From the NCBI GenBank assembly GCA_013239625.1, contig MU054323.1, forward strand, positions 17,798,029-17,862,028: a stretch of DNA of 64,000 bases, written 5' to 3'. The notes below the pieces were generated by a model. That model ran no database searches and had not been told where the DNA came from. It saw only the letters and a list, made by a program, of their open reading frames with translations. Numbering within the stretch: the first letter of the stretch is position 1; each line of letters begins with the position of its first letter. Shown one piece after another: positions 62,171 to 64,000 of this stretch. The translations under genes and the position numbers were made by a program. Source of the DNA: Lama guanicoe (taxonomy: Eukaryota).

Positions 62171-62939
62171 TCATTGGCTTCATAAATGCAGGACATGATT
62201 CAGTCTTCCTGACTTCAGTTTTGGGCTGTCTACATGGTGGGCAGACAGGGTGTTCTGTGTGTCCTATCCCTGCGAATTTTCTTTATTCTTCCCAGAAAGC
62301 CCAGAATTTCCTGCTTGAAATTCCCGCAGAATCTAGACGGTGGAATGACTTCCCAAAGTCACTCAGTTAATGGGATGATCCTGGGTGGCATGTGGGCTTT
62401 CTGACCTTTCATCTCATGAGTTAAAACAAAAAAATACCAAAAAGCAAAACTGAGACCCAAAATACCATCTTTCAGATATCATATCTGTTTTAACATTTGG
62501 AGGTTGACTCTTATATGACTCAAGGTAGCTCAAGGAAAGGGGACTTACTTAAAAGTGCGGAGGGGAGGGAGTCAGTGACACGCCTCCTTCCACTCATCAC
62601 AGTCTCTCTCGAGGGACACATTCTTTTCCTCTGTCCTCCCCATCTCTTTCCTGCAGGCAAGGCTCTCTCCACTGCTCCTCTGCTTGCAGGGGAATGAAAA
62701 TGGCCCCTCCAGCCCTGATTCAACAATATCCTTCAGTTTACACATCAGCGATCATGTGAGCAATTGTGGGTTTTGTGTCTATTATTTCTAATTTTCCTGT
62801 CAGAGAATTCTAAGTTATTAATTGGCCAAAGTCAAGTTGTTATTAAAAACAGGGCCAGGAAGGCCACTCACTTCAATAGGGTTGTGGGGGTAATTCCAAA
62901 TAATGGAATCATACCCCAATAGTCTACTACAATTTTTTA

Positions 62940-63438
62940 AAATAAAAATGAGATCATACCTCTTGTAACTTTTTATTTTAACTGAATACTTTGCTAACGT
63001 ACTTCCCTGTCTATAAATGCCTTCTCAGTTCTAGTGACAATGCAGTGTACCCATTGTACGCATATCTCCTCAATTCTAGTGACAATGCAGTGTATCCATT
63101 GTACGCACCTGCTTTCATTTGCTCAGCCATTTCCTGTTGCTGGGTGTGCTTTCCTCCAGGTATTTGCCAGTATAGTCAATGTGGTGATGAACTCTGTCAT
63201 ACATTTTTGTGCCCAGTCTTAATTAATTTTTTAGGGTAAATTCTTAAAAAGCAAAATTGCTAGGTTGAGAAGTGTGGACACTGTTAAGGCTTTAGAAACC
63301 ATACCCAAGTTACCTTCTCAGAAAGCCATCCCAGTTTGTACTTCCACCAGCAAGGCAGCAAACCTTCCCACCACCTCACCAGCCCTGGGGACTATTCTTT
63401 ATCTTTGCCAGTTTGATAGGCAAAAACTGAACGCATTG
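62940..63438 (-). mobile_element. Old L1 (L1ME-like) fragment
   Basis: ttagggtaaattc...aattgctaggt...cagtttgtacttccaccagca...tttgccagtttgataggcaaaaa. Confidence 0.75.
63021..63107. repeat. 45-bp-period tandem duplication inside the L1 fragment
   Basis: ttctagtgacaatgcagtgta(c/t)ccattgtacgca starts at 63029 and again at 63074. Confidence 0.95.
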
Positions 63439-63655
63439 TTCCCTAACCCTAACCCTGACCTAAGTTGAAGTGTGGGTAATTTTGAGTCTCCTCACAATTA
63501 CTTCCCGGGTCTTTGAAATGATTCAGGATAGAAGACTCCCAAGATATCATGCTAAAGAGAGATTAGGCTCCTTGAGAATCAGGACATTTTGAGGAGTGCA
63601 GGCTGGTGGGCTCGGCTGCACAGCTCAGAGGCAGTAGCCTCTGTGGTTTAAGTCA

Positions 63656-63805
63656 ACAAGGTTTCCCAAGCACCCCTCGTGACGAAGATGACCTGATGTG
63701 TTTACTAAAAATAGACATTCCCAGGCTCCATCTGAGACCCACTGATTCAGACTCTTCAGGTGAGGGTCTGATGATTCGACCTTCAGAGAGCTTTGGAAAA
63801 CACAG
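63656..63805. mobile_element. MER5-like MITE
   Basis: aaaatagacattcccaggctcca...cccactgattcagactct...tttggaaaacac. Confidence 0.6.
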
Positions 63806-64000
63806 GTTCAGAGGGTCTGTGGGAAGGCTTCTTGCAGCAGGTAGCTTTTAGGATGCCCATTCAGCCTACACAGTACCCACCAACACAACTCCCTACCCAC
63901 AGTCAGGACCCTAGTACTCACAGCTGGGCGATGCCGCACCCGTGTCCATGGCCACAAAGGAAGCCAGGCTGTGCCAGTCAGTCAGACTCTCTCTCTGCAC

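Noticed and set aside
52924..63107. CRISPR-like arrays from the short direct repeats
   Set aside because: The repeats are head-to-tail duplications without unique spacers, in mammalian DNA with no cas genes.
300..63851. ORF-track entries as real genes
   Set aside because: All are 136 aa or shorter, most overlap repeats or microsatellites, and none resembles a protein I recognise other than TE remnants.

Overview
Mammalian non-coding DNA, intronic or intergenic, and probably camelid: it carries two tRNA-derived Vic-1-type SINEs and young L1 3' ends. Much of the window is decayed transposable-element sequence recognised by eye: L1, L2, MIR, MLT1/MLT2/LTR16/LTR33/ERV1 LTRs, an ERVL gag-pro remnant, and hAT and Tigger DNA transposons. 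I can support no intact protein-coding gene, RNA gene, CpG island or CRISPR array; the ORF track is almost entirely chance ORFs and L1 ORF2 tails. The most unusual signal is a 2.3-2.9 kb stretch (about 12430-15333) with no recognisable TE that reads on the minus strand like a decayed ORF of an unidentified protein with repeated Cys motifs. It could be a lost gene or an unclassified ancient element, but the evidence is only suggestive. Other notable items: an orphan poly(A)-tailed, TSD-flanked insertion at 48257-48401, a micro-L1 with an apparent 3' transduction, a MER53 hairpin carrying a miR-1302-like sequence, a textbook branch point plus 3' splice site at 55936-55965, and two hAT transposase relics. 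Repeat family names come from recalled consensus motifs, not a database search. Boundaries are approximate unless TSDs or TIRs are quoted.
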